IMG/VR virus record: IMGVR_UViG_3300007512_000012
Location: 46,938 to 110,937 of that record
Reading direction: 5' to 3' (one strand)
Length of the DNA stretch: 64,000 nucleotides
Source of the DNA: a virus
Part shown: positions 1 to 9,192 of the stretch, piece by piece
Position numbering within the stretch: the first letter of the stretch is position 1
Layout: each line of letters opens with the position of its first letter
Made by a program: the position numbers and the translations under genes
Notes under the pieces: model-generated
Seen by the model: only the letters and a program-made list of their open reading frames with translations
What the model was told of the DNA's origin: nothing
Database searches by the model: none

Positions 1-50
1 CGGGAGGGCAACTGGTGGAACGTCCACCCTGAAGCCCTGGAGCCGACCAC

Positions 51-965
51 ATGAGCCGGATCACGGCATCGCAAGCCCTGGAGCTTCAGCACGAGCAGTT
101 CGCCTTCGCACAGAGCCACAAGGGCCTGCGCTACTGGACGAGCTTCTCGAAGATGGACAGCGAGGACGAGGCCCGGCCGTTCCAAGCGGTCGAGGTCGTC
201 ACCTTGAAGCTGGCCCCCACCTACCTCGTCGCCGAGGAGATGTACCAGCTCGCCCTGCACGCCGCCCGGTCCATGCCCGACGTGCCCCTCGCCGAAGGCG
301 ACCTCCCCAGCCCCTCTGGCTTCTGCCTGCTGGAGCAGCCCATCGTGGCCCCGGACGTACACGGCAAGCTGGTGTCGATGGCCGGGTTCACCTGGCACAT
401 CGCCATCCAGGGGGGCAAGAAGGGCGTCTTCTGGACCATCTACAGTGACACCCGTGACCCCCGCGACGACTACTACGACGCCGAGCTGATCGAAGGGATG
501 CCACGCCTCCTCCCGGTGGGCCGCAACATGGAGCTGTTCGGCGACCTCTCCCTCACCCTGGAAGAAGTCCAGGCCCGCCAAGGCGGGAGCGAGGAGACGA
601 TTGCCGAGGCCATCCTGCACATGCGGACCCTGCCCCTGTGCATCTTCACCCTGATGCAGCAGACCATCGTGGTGCAGACGCCGGAGAAGCCCCGGCGGCA
701 CGTCCGGCGGCGGCTCAAGCGCAAGGACTCCCCGCTGCACGAGAAGATGGTCAAGATCGTCCGGCTGCGGAGGGTTCGGCACCGGGAGACGCCGAAGGGC
801 GAGTCACAGCCCGTGGACTGGTCGCACCGCTGGGTCGTGAGCGGCCACTGGCGGCTTCAGCCGACCAACCAGGGGGTGAAGCGCATTTACATCATGCCCT
901 TCGTGAAAGGGCCGGAGGACAAGCCGTTGTTGATCAAGGAGACGGTCCACGTCCTCGACCGCTAG
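51..965 (+). CDS. Hypothetical phage protein (C-terminal HRWxVxGHWR...FVKGP motif family)
   Basis: GGAG upstream of ATG; protein-like composition; basic C-terminal motif DWSHRWVVSGHWRLQP...RIYIMPFVKGP typical of a widespread uncharacterised phage family. Confidence 0.75.
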   Translation: MSRITASQALELQHEQFAFAQSHKGLRYWTSFSKMDSEDEARPFQAVEVVTLKLAPTYLVAEEMYQLALHAARSMPDVPLAEGDLPSPSGFCLLEQPIVAPDVHGKLVSMAGFTWHIAIQGGKKGVFWTIYSDTRDPRDDYYDAELIEGMPRLLPVGRNMELFGDLSLTLEEVQARQGGSEETIAEAILHMRTLPLCIFTLMQQTIVVQTPEKPRRHVRRRLKRKDSPLHEKMVKIVRLRRVRHRETPKGESQPVDWSHRWVVSGHWRLQPTNQGVKRIYIMPFVKGPEDKPLLIKETVHVLDR

Positions 966-1678
966 TCGAGGGGGGACGGCCCCATCACCTCGTCCGAGTC
1001 CTGGTAGTGGTGCCCCTTGCCGTGCCCGTAGAGGTCGTCCACTTCCAGCAGTGGGTCACGGTGCAGGGGCTCACCATCCTCCTGCCGCCCACCGGCATCG
1101 ACGTACTGCGGGTCCAGCTTGCAGATGTCGGCGATGAAGTTGCAGTCCACCCGGTTGTGGATGAGGTGGGCCAGCCCGGCACCCCAGGCCGGGGTGAAGT
1201 AGACCTGGAACAGCCGGTCGCCCGGACGCACCAGCACCGGCTCCGTCGCCTCGATCTCCAGCGTCCAGCGGCCGTGGAAGCCGTTGTCGCCGACGCCCGC
1301 CGTCTTGTGGGCCTCGATGGACAGCCGACCGCAGGTGGACCTCCCGTCCAGGTGGGGGACGACCCCCCGGCAGTACGTCTCCTCCAGCGTCACGCCCAGG
1401 TAGAACTGGCCGGGCACGAGCACCCAACAGTCCCGGTAGCCGTCCTTGTCCACCTTCGGCACGTCGATGAGCGGCGGTGGATTCTTGGGGTCGAGAGCCA
1501 TCTGCAAGCCCTCGTACACCGGGTCGAACACCGGCACCCGCCCCTCCTTGGGGTGGTACATCTTGAGCGAGTCGCCGAGGCGGAGGTCGATGCTGTTCGG
1601 CCCGATGTTCACCGGGGCCGGGCTCACCTTGATGAGCCGGGCCCCGATGAGGGTCTTGATGGCAGGTCGGGTGAGCAC
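962..1678 (-). CDS. dcd: dCTP deaminase
   Basis: C-terminal part of ORF 962..4009 from GTG at 1678: PNSIDLRLG, GRSTCGRL, AGVGDNGFHGRWTLEI, GDRLFQVYF, C-terminal YQ; starts right after the stop of the vWA gene. Confidence 0.9.
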   Translation of the reverse strand: MLTRPAIKTLIGARLIKVSPAPVNIGPNSIDLRLGDSLKMYHPKEGRVPVFDPVYEGLQMALDPKNPPPLIDVPKVDKDGYRDCWVLVPGQFYLGVTLEETYCRGVVPHLDGRSTCGRLSIEAHKTAGVGDNGFHGRWTLEIEATEPVLVRPGDRLFQVYFTPAWGAGLAHLIHNRVDCNFIADICKLDPQYVDAGGRQEDGEPLHRDPLLEVDDLYGHGKGHHYQDSDEVMGPSPLD

Positions 1679-1680
1679 GC

Positions 1681-4149
1681 CTACGCCTGGAGCGCCTTGG
1701 CGGCTTCCAGGCCACGCTCCGTCGAGAAGTGCTCGGCCTTGGTGAACACGCCGAGGATCATCCCGGTGCCCGGCACCTTGTAGAAGGTGCCCTCCTTCTC
1801 GGCCTTCGCCAGCTTGACGGCCGGGAACGCCTCGACGAGCTGGTCGGCGGTCATGGCCGAGCCGAAGCCCTCGGGCATGAGGCCGGTGGCCCCGATGTAG
1901 AAGGCCAGCGGGGTCAGGTGCTCGGCGTACAGGGCGTCGATGGCCGCGTTGACCTGGCCCAGGGCCGCCTTGAACACGCCCAGCGCCTCGTCGGCGTCCA
2001 TGCCGCCCGCGAGCACGTCCATGAAGGCGTCCACGTCGGCGTGGGCGGCCTCCAGGGCGTCGCGCAGGGCCGCGTCGCTGCCGGTGCGCAGGAAGCCCTC
2101 GTAGATGGGGAAGGACAGCTCGTCCACCGCGTCGAGCTTCGTCCGGGCGGACAGGCTCTTGAGGGACCAGGCGTTGCCGTCCGCCCACCAGTCGGAGAGC
2201 TTCGGCTTCTTGACCTTCGTGCCGTCGCTGGCCGTCAGGTCGAAGCGCCGCTGGAGGTAGGCGTTGCCGCTCTTCAGCTTGCCGACGTTGGTGATGTCGG
2301 GCGTGCCGAGCTTCACCTTGTAGGACAGCTTGGTGTCCACCTCGCCCGTCGCGAGCGCCTGCGCCAGGTCGGCGTAGGGGGTCGTCGTCGGCGGGGTGAA
2401 GTACATGGCCGGGCTGATGTAGCAGGCCTTGAGGTCGGCGATCTGCTCGGCCGTCAGGGCCTCCGACGTGCCCGCCGTCAGGCCGGACAGGAGCTTCTGG
2501 AGGACGGTCAGCTTGGCGATGTCCTCGAACAGGTCCGGCACCATGTCGCCGAACTCCTGGTCGTAGTCCACCAGCGGCATGTCGCCCAGCGGGATGCTGA
2601 TCTCCTGGTTGGGGTCGAAGTCGCCCTGGACCAGCCCCATCGTCTTGAGCGCGGCGAAGCACCGCTTGTCGCTCGTGCGGAAGGGCAGCACCGCCACGTT
2701 GATCGCACCGTCGCCGACCAGCGTGTAGTTGCGGTAGCTCTTGAGGTCCAGCTTGATGCCCGCGACCTCCCCCACCGGGTTGCCGGTGGCCGTCTCCATG
2801 AGCTTGCCGTCCTCGACGAGCCGGATGTTGGCCGTGGCCGTGTCCCGGTTGATGTCGAAGCCGGACACCGCGACCGCCGTGTTGTCGCGGGGCGTCTGGA
2901 GCTTGTGGGTGGGCGGCTCGATGACGCCCTGGTCGTTGCGCTTGCCGGGCACGCGCTTCAGGCCCCGGCGGGTGTAGCCGTTGGCGAGCTTCGCGACGTT
3001 GACCCGGAGGCTGCCCCGGTAGGTGTTGAGCACCGACAGCAGGTCGAGCACGGCCGGGCCGGTATCCCCGAGGCCGTAGCCCGTGGTCAGGCTCTCGCCC
3101 TTGTCGCCGAGCAGGTAGGCCTCGATGTCGGTCGCCATCGACGCGACCTCGGAGGCGACGAGCGCACGGGCGTTGCGGTGGATGAGGCCGCCGATGCGGG
3201 TGCTGACCATCGCGAACTTCGCGGTGTTCAGGTTGCCCAGCGCGATCTGCGCCTTCGCGAAGGCGAGCAGGGCGGTCGGCTCGGTGAGGCCGTCGCAGAT
3301 GGGGCCGGAGGCCGCGTTGTAGGCCGCCTCGTCCACCTCCTTGTAGCGGTAGACGGTCGCGTCGTCGTCGCCGGAGAGGCCGCGCACGGTCAGGGGCTTG
3401 GTGCTGCCGAGCACCTTGCCGCCCTTCTTGCTGACGAAGGTCATGAAGTCGAAGCCGCCGATGCCCGCCTCGATGACCGGCGACATCTGCCCGGCCAGGA
3501 GGGTCTGCGTGTCGTGCAGGGCCTTGTAGACCTCGCGGGCGTTGCTGGCCTGCATCGACTTGCCGGACAGCCGGTTGGCGATGGCCGCCAGCAGGGCGAA
3601 GTCGCACCAGGAGCGGTAGCCGACCGTGTTGCAGAAGACGTTGGGGTGCCGCTCGATGGCCTCGACCGCCGCGACGATGCTCTGGGCCTCGCGGTAGGGC
3701 GACGGGTCGTTGGCGTAGCCGTCCGTGTGGAGGCTGATGCAGGTGACCTCGGCGTCGTCGATGAGCTTCTCGGCCTCGACGAGCGCCTGGCTCATGCCGG
3801 TGAGGCCGCGCACGCGGAGGTTGCGGATCTCGGCCAGGTGCGGGCTGCCGGGGGCCATCACCTCCTCGACCGTCACCTTCTCGAAGTGGACCCGGCAGTC
3901 GCCGTTGGACGAGTAGGTGAGCAGGCTGATCTTCATCGACGGGTCGTTGAACTCCTCCGCCGTGAAGACCTTCTCGATGACCGACTTCACCTGGTCGAGG
4001 TCGCCCCACATGGAGCCGCTCACGTCGAGGACGGCGATGTGGTGGCTCGGGGCCGTGGCCCCCGCACTCGGGTCGGGCGTCACGTCCTGGGACTCGACGG
4101 TGAAGAAGCGGACGGGCTTGCCGCCGTAGTTGTGCAGGGCGAACTTCAT
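1681..4149 (-). CDS. vWA (MIDAS) domain protein, 822 aa
   Basis: VLDVSGSM (DxSxS), GLT, SLHTDG, TVGY motifs in the N-terminal ~210 aa; AGGAGG RBS; long unknown C-terminal region. Confidence 0.85.
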   Translation of the reverse strand: MKFALHNYGGKPVRFFTVESQDVTPDPSAGATAPSHHIAVLDVSGSMWGDLDQVKSVIEKVFTAEEFNDPSMKISLLTYSSNGDCRVHFEKVTVEEVMAPGSPHLAEIRNLRVRGLTGMSQALVEAEKLIDDAEVTCISLHTDGYANDPSPYREAQSIVAAVEAIERHPNVFCNTVGYRSWCDFALLAAIANRLSGKSMQASNAREVYKALHDTQTLLAGQMSPVIEAGIGGFDFMTFVSKKGGKVLGSTKPLTVRGLSGDDDATVYRYKEVDEAAYNAASGPICDGLTEPTALLAFAKAQIALGNLNTAKFAMVSTRIGGLIHRNARALVASEVASMATDIEAYLLGDKGESLTTGYGLGDTGPAVLDLLSVLNTYRGSLRVNVAKLANGYTRRGLKRVPGKRNDQGVIEPPTHKLQTPRDNTAVAVSGFDINRDTATANIRLVEDGKLMETATGNPVGEVAGIKLDLKSYRNYTLVGDGAINVAVLPFRTSDKRCFAALKTMGLVQGDFDPNQEISIPLGDMPLVDYDQEFGDMVPDLFEDIAKLTVLQKLLSGLTAGTSEALTAEQIADLKACYISPAMYFTPPTTTPYADLAQALATGEVDTKLSYKVKLGTPDITNVGKLKSGNAYLQRRFDLTASDGTKVKKPKLSDWWADGNAWSLKSLSARTKLDAVDELSFPIYEGFLRTGSDAALRDALEAAHADVDAFMDVLAGGMDADEALGVFKAALGQVNAAIDALYAEHLTPLAFYIGATGLMPEGFGSAMTADQLVEAFPAVKLAKAEKEGTFYKVPGTGMILGVFTKAEHFSTERGLEAAKALQA

Positions 4150-4209
4150 CTCGGGGAACCTCCTTGTGGTGCTGCCGGGTCTACTCGCTGGGGGCCAGAG
4201 CCGGTCCCC

Positions 4210-4593
4210 TCATCGACGAGCGCGCTTCGCCCGCTTCGCGGCCATCATCTCGTCGTGGACCTGCTCGAACCGCTTGACGCCGATGAGGTGCAGGCCGATC
4301 TCCTCCGCGTAGTTCTGGAGCATGTAGGGGCTCCAGGTGCCGCCGGGGATGCGCAGCCGCCGCGAGTCGATGACCTTCAGGTCGCCCTTGCGGCCCTCGA
4401 AGAAGATCGGGCTGCGGAAGATGAAGATCACCTGGTCGCCGCCCTTCGACAGGAACAGGAACGCCTCACCCTCCTCCAGGTCGCCGGGGTAGTGCCCCTC
4501 CTTGCTGAACAGGACCAGGTTCGTCGCCTCGCTGCGACTGAAGGAACAGCGGACCACGGCCTTCAGCCGCAGGCGCGTCTTGCCTTTGCTCAT
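4210..4593 (-). CDS. Hypothetical protein (MSKGKTRL..., weak resemblance to IS66 TnpB/Orf2)
   Basis: ATG at 4593 overlaps the upstream stop (ATGA); globular composition. Confidence 0.7.
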   Translation of the reverse strand: MSKGKTRLRLKAVVRCSFSRSEATNLVLFSKEGHYPGDLEEGEAFLFLSKGGDQVIFIFRSPIFFEGRKGDLKVIDSRRLRIPGGTWSPYMLQNYAEEIGLHLIGVKRFEQVHDEMMAAKRAKRARR

Positions 4594-5216
4594 TCGATGC
4601 CTCCGATGTCGAACTCGTGGCGGGCGAGGACAGAGAGCTTCCCCTCCCGCGTCAGGTGCAGCTCCACGGCGTCGATGTCCTGCATCCACGCCTGGAGTGC
4701 CTTCATGTTCTTGAGGGTGCCGTTGGGGCCGTGCGGGGCATGGACCACCAGGTCGTTGCCCCCTTCCACTGGCTCCAGCAGGTCTTCGGGGTCCTCGTGC
4801 AGCATCTCCGGCGGGAGAGCCACCGCCTCGATGGCGTCCTCGGGGTCGAGGTTCTGGCCCTCGGCCTCCAGCTCGGCCTTGACGGCCAGCAGGACTTCGT
4901 TGCCCACGCTGCCGCCGAGCTGCTCCTTGCACGCCTTGTTCGCGGCGTACCCGGTGCCCCCGGCAGACATCACCTCACGGACGAGCGCCCGCTTCTTCGC
5001 GGCCAGCTCCCGGCGGGCCTCGCCTCGGGCCGCCTTCGCCTCCCGCTCGGCCTCCCGCTCGGCGGCCAGCTTCCGGGCCTTCGTCCCTTGCCGCCACTCA
5101 CCGAACTTCCGGGTGGCGACCCCGGAGCCGTACTCCTCGCGGAGAGTCGCGTTGATCTCCGCATTCGTCCGACCCTCATCGACCAGCTCGATTGCTCGCT
5201 GCCACTTCTCGTTCAA
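4590..5216 (-). CDS. Putative HTH DNA-binding protein
   Basis: AAGGAGG RBS before TTG at 5216; N-terminal RAIELVDEGRTNAEINATLREEYG helix-turn-helix-like segment. Confidence 0.6.
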   Translation of the reverse strand: MNEKWQRAIELVDEGRTNAEINATLREEYGSGVATRKFGEWRQGTKARKLAAEREAEREAKAARGEARRELAAKKRALVREVMSAGGTGYAANKACKEQLGGSVGNEVLLAVKAELEAEGQNLDPEDAIEAVALPPEMLHEDPEDLLEPVEGGNDLVVHAPHGPNGTLKNMKALQAWMQDIDAVELHLTREGKLSVLARHEFDIGGIE

Positions 5217-5257
5217 CGGACACCTCCTTGCCGCACCGTTTACCCGGTAGACGCAGA

Positions 5258-5288
5258 AGTGTATCCCCCGAAAATCGGGGGGTGTCAA
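5258..5288 (-). promoter_or_regulatory. Sigma70-like promoter TTGACA-N19-TACACT with a dyad in the spacer
   Basis: Minus strand ttgaca ccccccgattttcggggga tacact; inverted repeat cccccga/tcggggg inside the spacer. Confidence 0.45.
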
Positions 5289-5297
5289 ATCGAAGGG

Positions 5298-5627
5298 CTA
5301 GTCCTGGCTGATTTTCGGGTCCTCGAAGGCCCACTTCTCGAAGATGTCGTCCTGCCGGATCGTGGGTCGCTTGCCCGTCAGGAGCCAGCGCAGCAGGTGG
5401 TACTCGCAGGGGACGTAGCCCTGCTGGTCCTGCTCGGAGAACCGGCGGCGGGGGTCGTACTTGAAGACGTTGATCCGGTGGGAGAGCCGCAGACCCGTGC
5501 GTGTCCAGTACAGGGGCTTGGGGCGAGCTGCGCTGATACCGAACCGGATGCCGCAGCAGGTGGGGATGCCGTGCTTGTGGCCTTCCTCGGCCCACGACCA
5601 CACTTCTCGCAGAAAGCTCATTCCCAC
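5298..5627 (-). CDS. Hypothetical Cys/His protein (GIPxCC...GYVPCxxH)
   Basis: GIPTCCGIRF and GYVPCEYH motifs suggest a small metal-binding phage protein. Confidence 0.6.
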   Translation of the reverse strand: MGMSFLREVWSWAEEGHKHGIPTCCGIRFGISAARPKPLYWTRTGLRLSHRINVFKYDPRRRFSEQDQQGYVPCEYHLLRWLLTGKRPTIRQDDIFEKWAFEDPKISQD

Positions 5628-5682
5628 CTGTCCGGTTCGCTGGTCCTCCTGCGTCTACCCCCTGAACGCGATGGAGGACCCC

Positions 5683-5832
5683 ATGAACGACGAGGACGTG
5701 CAGCCGCCGTCAGACGACCTGCTGGAGCGGGCTGTGGACTGGTTGCAGGACAACCGCGAGAGGCTGCCGGACGAGCTGGCCGAAGCGTTGATCGACCTGT
5801 GGATCGACCACCAGCACCCGCCGGACCCCTAG
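5683..5832 (+). CDS. Small acidic hypothetical protein
   Basis: GGAGG RBS before ATG 5683; helical acidic 49-aa product; fills the gap between minus-strand genes. Confidence 0.5.
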   Translation: MNDEDVQPPSDDLLERAVDWLQDNRERLPDELAEALIDLWIDHQHPPDP

Positions 5833-6176
5833 ATGTTCCAGGCCAGGGGCTTCGTGTAGGGGTCGCACTGGACCGAGTAGAACTCGGGAGGCGGGCGCAC
5901 CACCGCGTCGGCCGTGGCGATGTTGATCTCGCCCCCGTCCACCGGGGAGCCGTCCGGCTCGACCAGGCGGAAGATGTGCCCCTTCTTGAGCTGACCCCAC
6001 TCGGCCTTCGCCCACCCGGACATAGTGAACACCTGCACCTTCCGCAGCTCCGGGTCCGCGAGCACGGTGCGGGGGATGTCGAGGGACAGGGGCGGGGTCG
6101 AAGCCAGGCCGGTCGCGGGGACGGCGGCGGCGACCAGAGTTGCTGCGCTGGTGAGGATGAAGTCGCGTCGGTTCAC
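5829..6176 (-). CDS. Protein with a twin-arginine (Tat) signal peptide
   Basis: AGGAGG RBS, GTG 6176, NRRDFILTSAATLVAAAVPATGLA matches the RRxFL consensus plus an h-region. Confidence 0.75.
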   Translation of the reverse strand: MNRRDFILTSAATLVAAAVPATGLASTPPLSLDIPRTVLADPELRKVQVFTMSGWAKAEWGQLKKGHIFRLVEPDGSPVDGGEINIATADAVVRPPPEFYSVQCDPYTKPLAWNI

Positions 6177-6204
6177 GGGCACCTCCTGTGAGCACCCTAC
6201 CCGG

Positions 6205-7098
6205 CTACAGGAAGTTCCGGGGCGAGAGGACGCCACGACCGACGCGGGGACCGAAGGCCGAGCGGATGCCGATGCCGTAGCGGGGCTGCTGGAGCCCCCG
6301 GATGAACTTCACGGTCCGCTGCTTCGCCTCGGTGGCCTTGTCGAACTGCCCCTCGGCGTTCGACTTGAGGCTCTCGTACTTCGACGACTTCTCGATGGAG
6401 AGGCTGACGCCGCCGATGGAGTAGTCGAACTCCTCGTGGACCCAGTTGATGGCGAGGGCCATGAGGGCGAACATCATCGCCCCGTAGTGGATGGCGGTCT
6501 GCCAGTCGTTGCTGCCGCTCATCAGGCAGTCCAGGTCGCTGATGCCCGTCCGGGGCGGGAACATATTCCACCAGTCCAGAGCGCGCTCCAGGTAGGTGAA
6601 CAGCTCCTCGTCGGTCCAGACGTAGCCGAAGACCCGGTTGTACTCGCCGATGTCGCACTCGTGCTCGGGCGGGCGGAAGTGGTAGTTCCGGTCCGGGTTG
6701 TTGTCCCGCAGCATGATCCGCAGCGTGTTGATGAGCTGCTGCTCGACATCGCTGTACGGGCTCGCCGCGATCTCCGTGTCGGTGATGACCGCGAACTCCT
6801 GAACCACCTGCATGAGCGGGGTGCCCACGGCCTCGCGGATCGTCCACCGGATGCGGTAGGTCCCGACCGTCGCGTTCGCCGGGACCATCAGGGCCGCGTA
6901 GAACTCGCCCACGGCCGGGTTCTCGGGCACCCGGTCGGCCAGGCCGATGAGCACCTCCAGCTCGGGCGGGCCGGGGTCCACGTAGAAGATCGAGTAGGTG
7001 ATCTCCGCCGGGTTGATGGGGGCCTGGCTGGAGTCCTTGATGAAGATGTCCAGGTCGCCCCGGCCAATCTCATCGCCTCGGTGGAATGCGACGGCCAT
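6205..7098 (-). CDS. Virion structural protein (Ig-like N-domain plus helical head-completion/neck-like domain)
   Basis: Beta-rich N-terminus, then helical domain with FDYSIGGVSLSIEKS; lies downstream of a late-promoter motif. Confidence 0.6.
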   Translation of the reverse strand: MAVAFHRGDEIGRGDLDIFIKDSSQAPINPAEITYSIFYVDPGPPELEVLIGLADRVPENPAVGEFYAALMVPANATVGTYRIRWTIREAVGTPLMQVVQEFAVITDTEIAASPYSDVEQQLINTLRIMLRDNNPDRNYHFRPPEHECDIGEYNRVFGYVWTDEELFTYLERALDWWNMFPPRTGISDLDCLMSGSNDWQTAIHYGAMMFALMALAINWVHEEFDYSIGGVSLSIEKSSKYESLKSNAEGQFDKATEAKQRTVKFIRGLQQPRYGIGIRSAFGPRVGRGVLSPRNFL

Positions 7099-7376
7099 CA
7101 GTTCACCTGCACGTCTTCGGGCCAGACGATGGTGAGGCCCTCGCTCGGGGCCTCGATGAGGTCCACGGAGAGCCGGTCCCGAATCGACTCCAGGGCATCT
7201 TCATGCACCCGGAGCCGACAGACCACCTCGGCCATCAGGCGTGCCGGGGAGTAGTGGATGAAGTCGAGGAAGTAGGAGCGCCCCGTGTCCGCCAGCACCC
7301 GGAAGGCGTTCACCTCCTCGGACACCTCGGGGGGATCGTCCACCACGACCGGACAGTTCACGCGATGGTCGGCCAA
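7098..7376 (-). CDS. Hypothetical protein, paralog of 18789..19064 (DUF3467-like)
   Basis: GGAGG before TTG 7376; shares RVxCxVVVD...NAFR...LxFxxYS...VVxR...IRD with 18789..19064. Confidence 0.7.
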   Translation of the reverse strand: MADHRVNCPVVVDDPPEVSEEVNAFRVLADTGRSYFLDFIHYSPARLMAEVVCRLRVHEDALESIRDRLSVDLIEAPSEGLTIVWPEDVQVN

Positions 7377-7424
7377 CGCTCTGCCTCCACTACCCAGATC
7401 CCATCGAAGCATCACCGGACCCCC

Positions 7425-7790
7425 TTACGGCACGAACTCGATGATGAGCCCCGTCGTGAAGGTCCCCGACCTGGTGGCGGCGATGAGGACGACCTCGTCG
7501 GCCTGCACGAGCAGGTTGCCTCCGCCGTCTTCCCCGTTCACCTCGTAGTACAGCATGTCGCCGTCCGTGAAGGTGTCGGGGATGGAGTAGACGTAGGTGA
7601 ACCGACCGACCTCGGCCGGGGTCACTGCGACCATCGCGGCGGCGTTCACGAGGACGTTCTTCGCCCCCGCCAGGCTGAAGGAGAAGATGGTGATCGTCGG
7701 GCCGACCGTGGGGTCGAACGGCGTGTTCGTCCCGTCCAAGAACCTGGCCTGGAAGGTGAAGTCGGTGTCGATGACCGCCTGCTTGCCCAC
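7425..7790 (-). CDS. Ig-like virion protein
   Basis: Beta-strand pattern similar to the N-domain of 6205..7098 (VGRFTY vs VGEFYA). Confidence 0.6.
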   Translation of the reverse strand: MGKQAVIDTDFTFQARFLDGTNTPFDPTVGPTITIFSFSLAGAKNVLVNAAAMVAVTPAEVGRFTYVYSIPDTFTDGDMLYYEVNGEDGGGNLLVQADEVVLIAATRSGTFTTGLIIEFVP

Positions 7791-7791
7791 G

Positions 7792-8037
7792 TCAGTCCTC
7801 CATGTGCGTCAGGGTCTTGAGGGCCTTGATCTCGTCAGCGTAGGTCATGGCCGCGACCTTCGCTCGACGGGTGAAGAACTGGTTCTTCAGGTCGCGGATG
7901 TTGTCGGGCTTGGTGAAGACGAACACCGTCCGGTCCCCATCCTTCTCCGTCCCCAGGAACTCCACGGCCGCCGTCTTGAGGAAGGCTGCGTAGTAGAGGT
8001 CGGCGGTCTTGTACTTGCCGTCGTTGGGCGTGCTCAT
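7792..8037 (-). CDS. DUF5659-like small protein
   Basis: TADLYYAAFL...VFVF...FF...V...Y...IKALK pattern of that phage family; AGGAG RBS. Confidence 0.65.
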   Translation of the reverse strand: MSTPNDGKYKTADLYYAAFLKTAAVEFLGTEKDGDRTVFVFTKPDNIRDLKNQFFTRRAKVAAMTYADEIKALKTLTHMED

Positions 8038-8086
8038 GTCGTGCTCCTGCATCGTCCATCCCCGATCGCGGGGAGGTAGTTCAGCT

Positions 8087-8107
8087 CTACCCACCGGAGG
8101 CTATAGG
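8087..8107 (-). promoter_or_regulatory. Putative phage late promoter (CCTAT-N12-GTAG)
   Basis: One of 8 intergenic copies with identical spacing. Confidence 0.7.
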
Positions 8108-8124
8108 CAGACGACCGCAGGACC

Positions 8125-8168
8125 AGAAACGCAACGACCCGCAGACCGGGCAGGCCTGCGGGTCGTCA
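8125..8168 (-). terminator. Intrinsic terminator-like hairpin
   Basis: acgacccgcag...ctgcgggtcgt stem followed by tgcgtttct on the minus strand, just after the 8201 stop. Confidence 0.65.
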
Positions 8169-8200
8169 CATGGAGGAGCGGGATGGCGACCCGCTGTCGA

Positions 8201-9169
8201 TCAGGCGAGGTTGTTGCCGAGGTGGTCGTAGGCCGCGATGGCCGGGGCGATGCCCGTGGCCGGGACGACGGTCTGATCCAGGTACGTCGCGCGGGGCCGC
8301 CAGGCCAGCACGTCGGCCGCCGCGTAGGCGTGGTTGTTGGTGTTCAGCAGCGTGATGCCCGGAGCCGCCGCGAGGCCCGAGATGACGCCCGAGGCCACCG
8401 ACAGGTTGAACGCCCCGGTCCGCACCAGGGTCGGCCGGGCCTGGTAGCCCGCGTCGTCCGCCGCGAGGAAGTCCCCGGAGGCGTAGAACTGGCCGTAGGT
8501 GGTCACGTCCGTCACGAGCTGCGCCGCGACGATGGCCTGCCGGGCCACGAGGCCGAGGAAGTCCGACGTGCCGCCCGTGTCGTCACCGACGATGGTCAGG
8601 AGCGGGACCCGGTAGATCTCGCCCGCCAGGATGCGCAGGATGTCCTCGACCGACCCGAAGGAGTCGGAGGTGGCCGCCGCCCCGTCCAGGTCGGTGTTCG
8701 CCACGACCGCCGACAGGATGACGTTGATCGCCGCCAGGGTGAGCGCGTTGCCCGCCGCAGCCGCCTGCATGATGTCGATGGCGAGCGCGTTGGCGTTGGC
8801 GAACGCGATCGGGTTGGTGCCCGCACCACCCGCACCACCGGGGTCGATGCGGTCCATGATGTAGGCCGCCAGGCCGAAGGCCGTCTGCTGGGTGGCCTGC
8901 ACGTTGTTGCCGCCTGCGGCGACGGACGTGCGGTCGTCGATGAAGTTGTGGGCGGCGGCCAAGGTGGTCTCCTTGGAGCCGCTCACGTAGGCCAGGCCGT
9001 TGACGACGGTCGCCCCCGGAACGCCGATCATCTCCGCGAGATAGACGTTCTGGTGCGTGCCGTCGTAGACGCCGTTCTTCTGGCCCGCGTTGGGGTGAAG
9101 ATCGTTGAGGTGAATCCCCACGCCGACGAGATCGTTCCGCCGAGGGATGATGAAGACGCGATTCGCCAT
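8201..9169 (-). CDS. Virion protein family A, paralog 3
   Basis: Shares DLxPN..Q, GLxAY..D, DLxG...SxGxV...LxxLAG and C-terminal YDxxG with 9193..10119 and 10135..11481. Confidence 0.75.
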   Translation of the reverse strand: MANRVFIIPRRNDLVGVGIHLNDLHPNAGQKNGVYDGTHQNVYLAEMIGVPGATVVNGLAYVSGSKETTLAAAHNFIDDRTSVAAGGNNVQATQQTAFGLAAYIMDRIDPGGAGGAGTNPIAFANANALAIDIMQAAAAGNALTLAAINVILSAVVANTDLDGAAATSDSFGSVEDILRILAGEIYRVPLLTIVGDDTGGTSDFLGLVARQAIVAAQLVTDVTTYGQFYASGDFLAADDAGYQARPTLVRTGAFNLSVASGVISGLAAAPGITLLNTNNHAYAAADVLAWRPRATYLDQTVVPATGIAPAIAAYDHLGNNLA

Positions 9170-9192
9170 TGTGAAGTTCCTCCGGGTTCAGC

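Noticed and set aside
962-4009. 1015-aa ORF as a single dCTP deaminase fusion
   Set aside because: The first ~777 codons are an off-frame overlap of the vWA gene (Arg/Gly/Pro-rich); the real gene starts at GTG 1678
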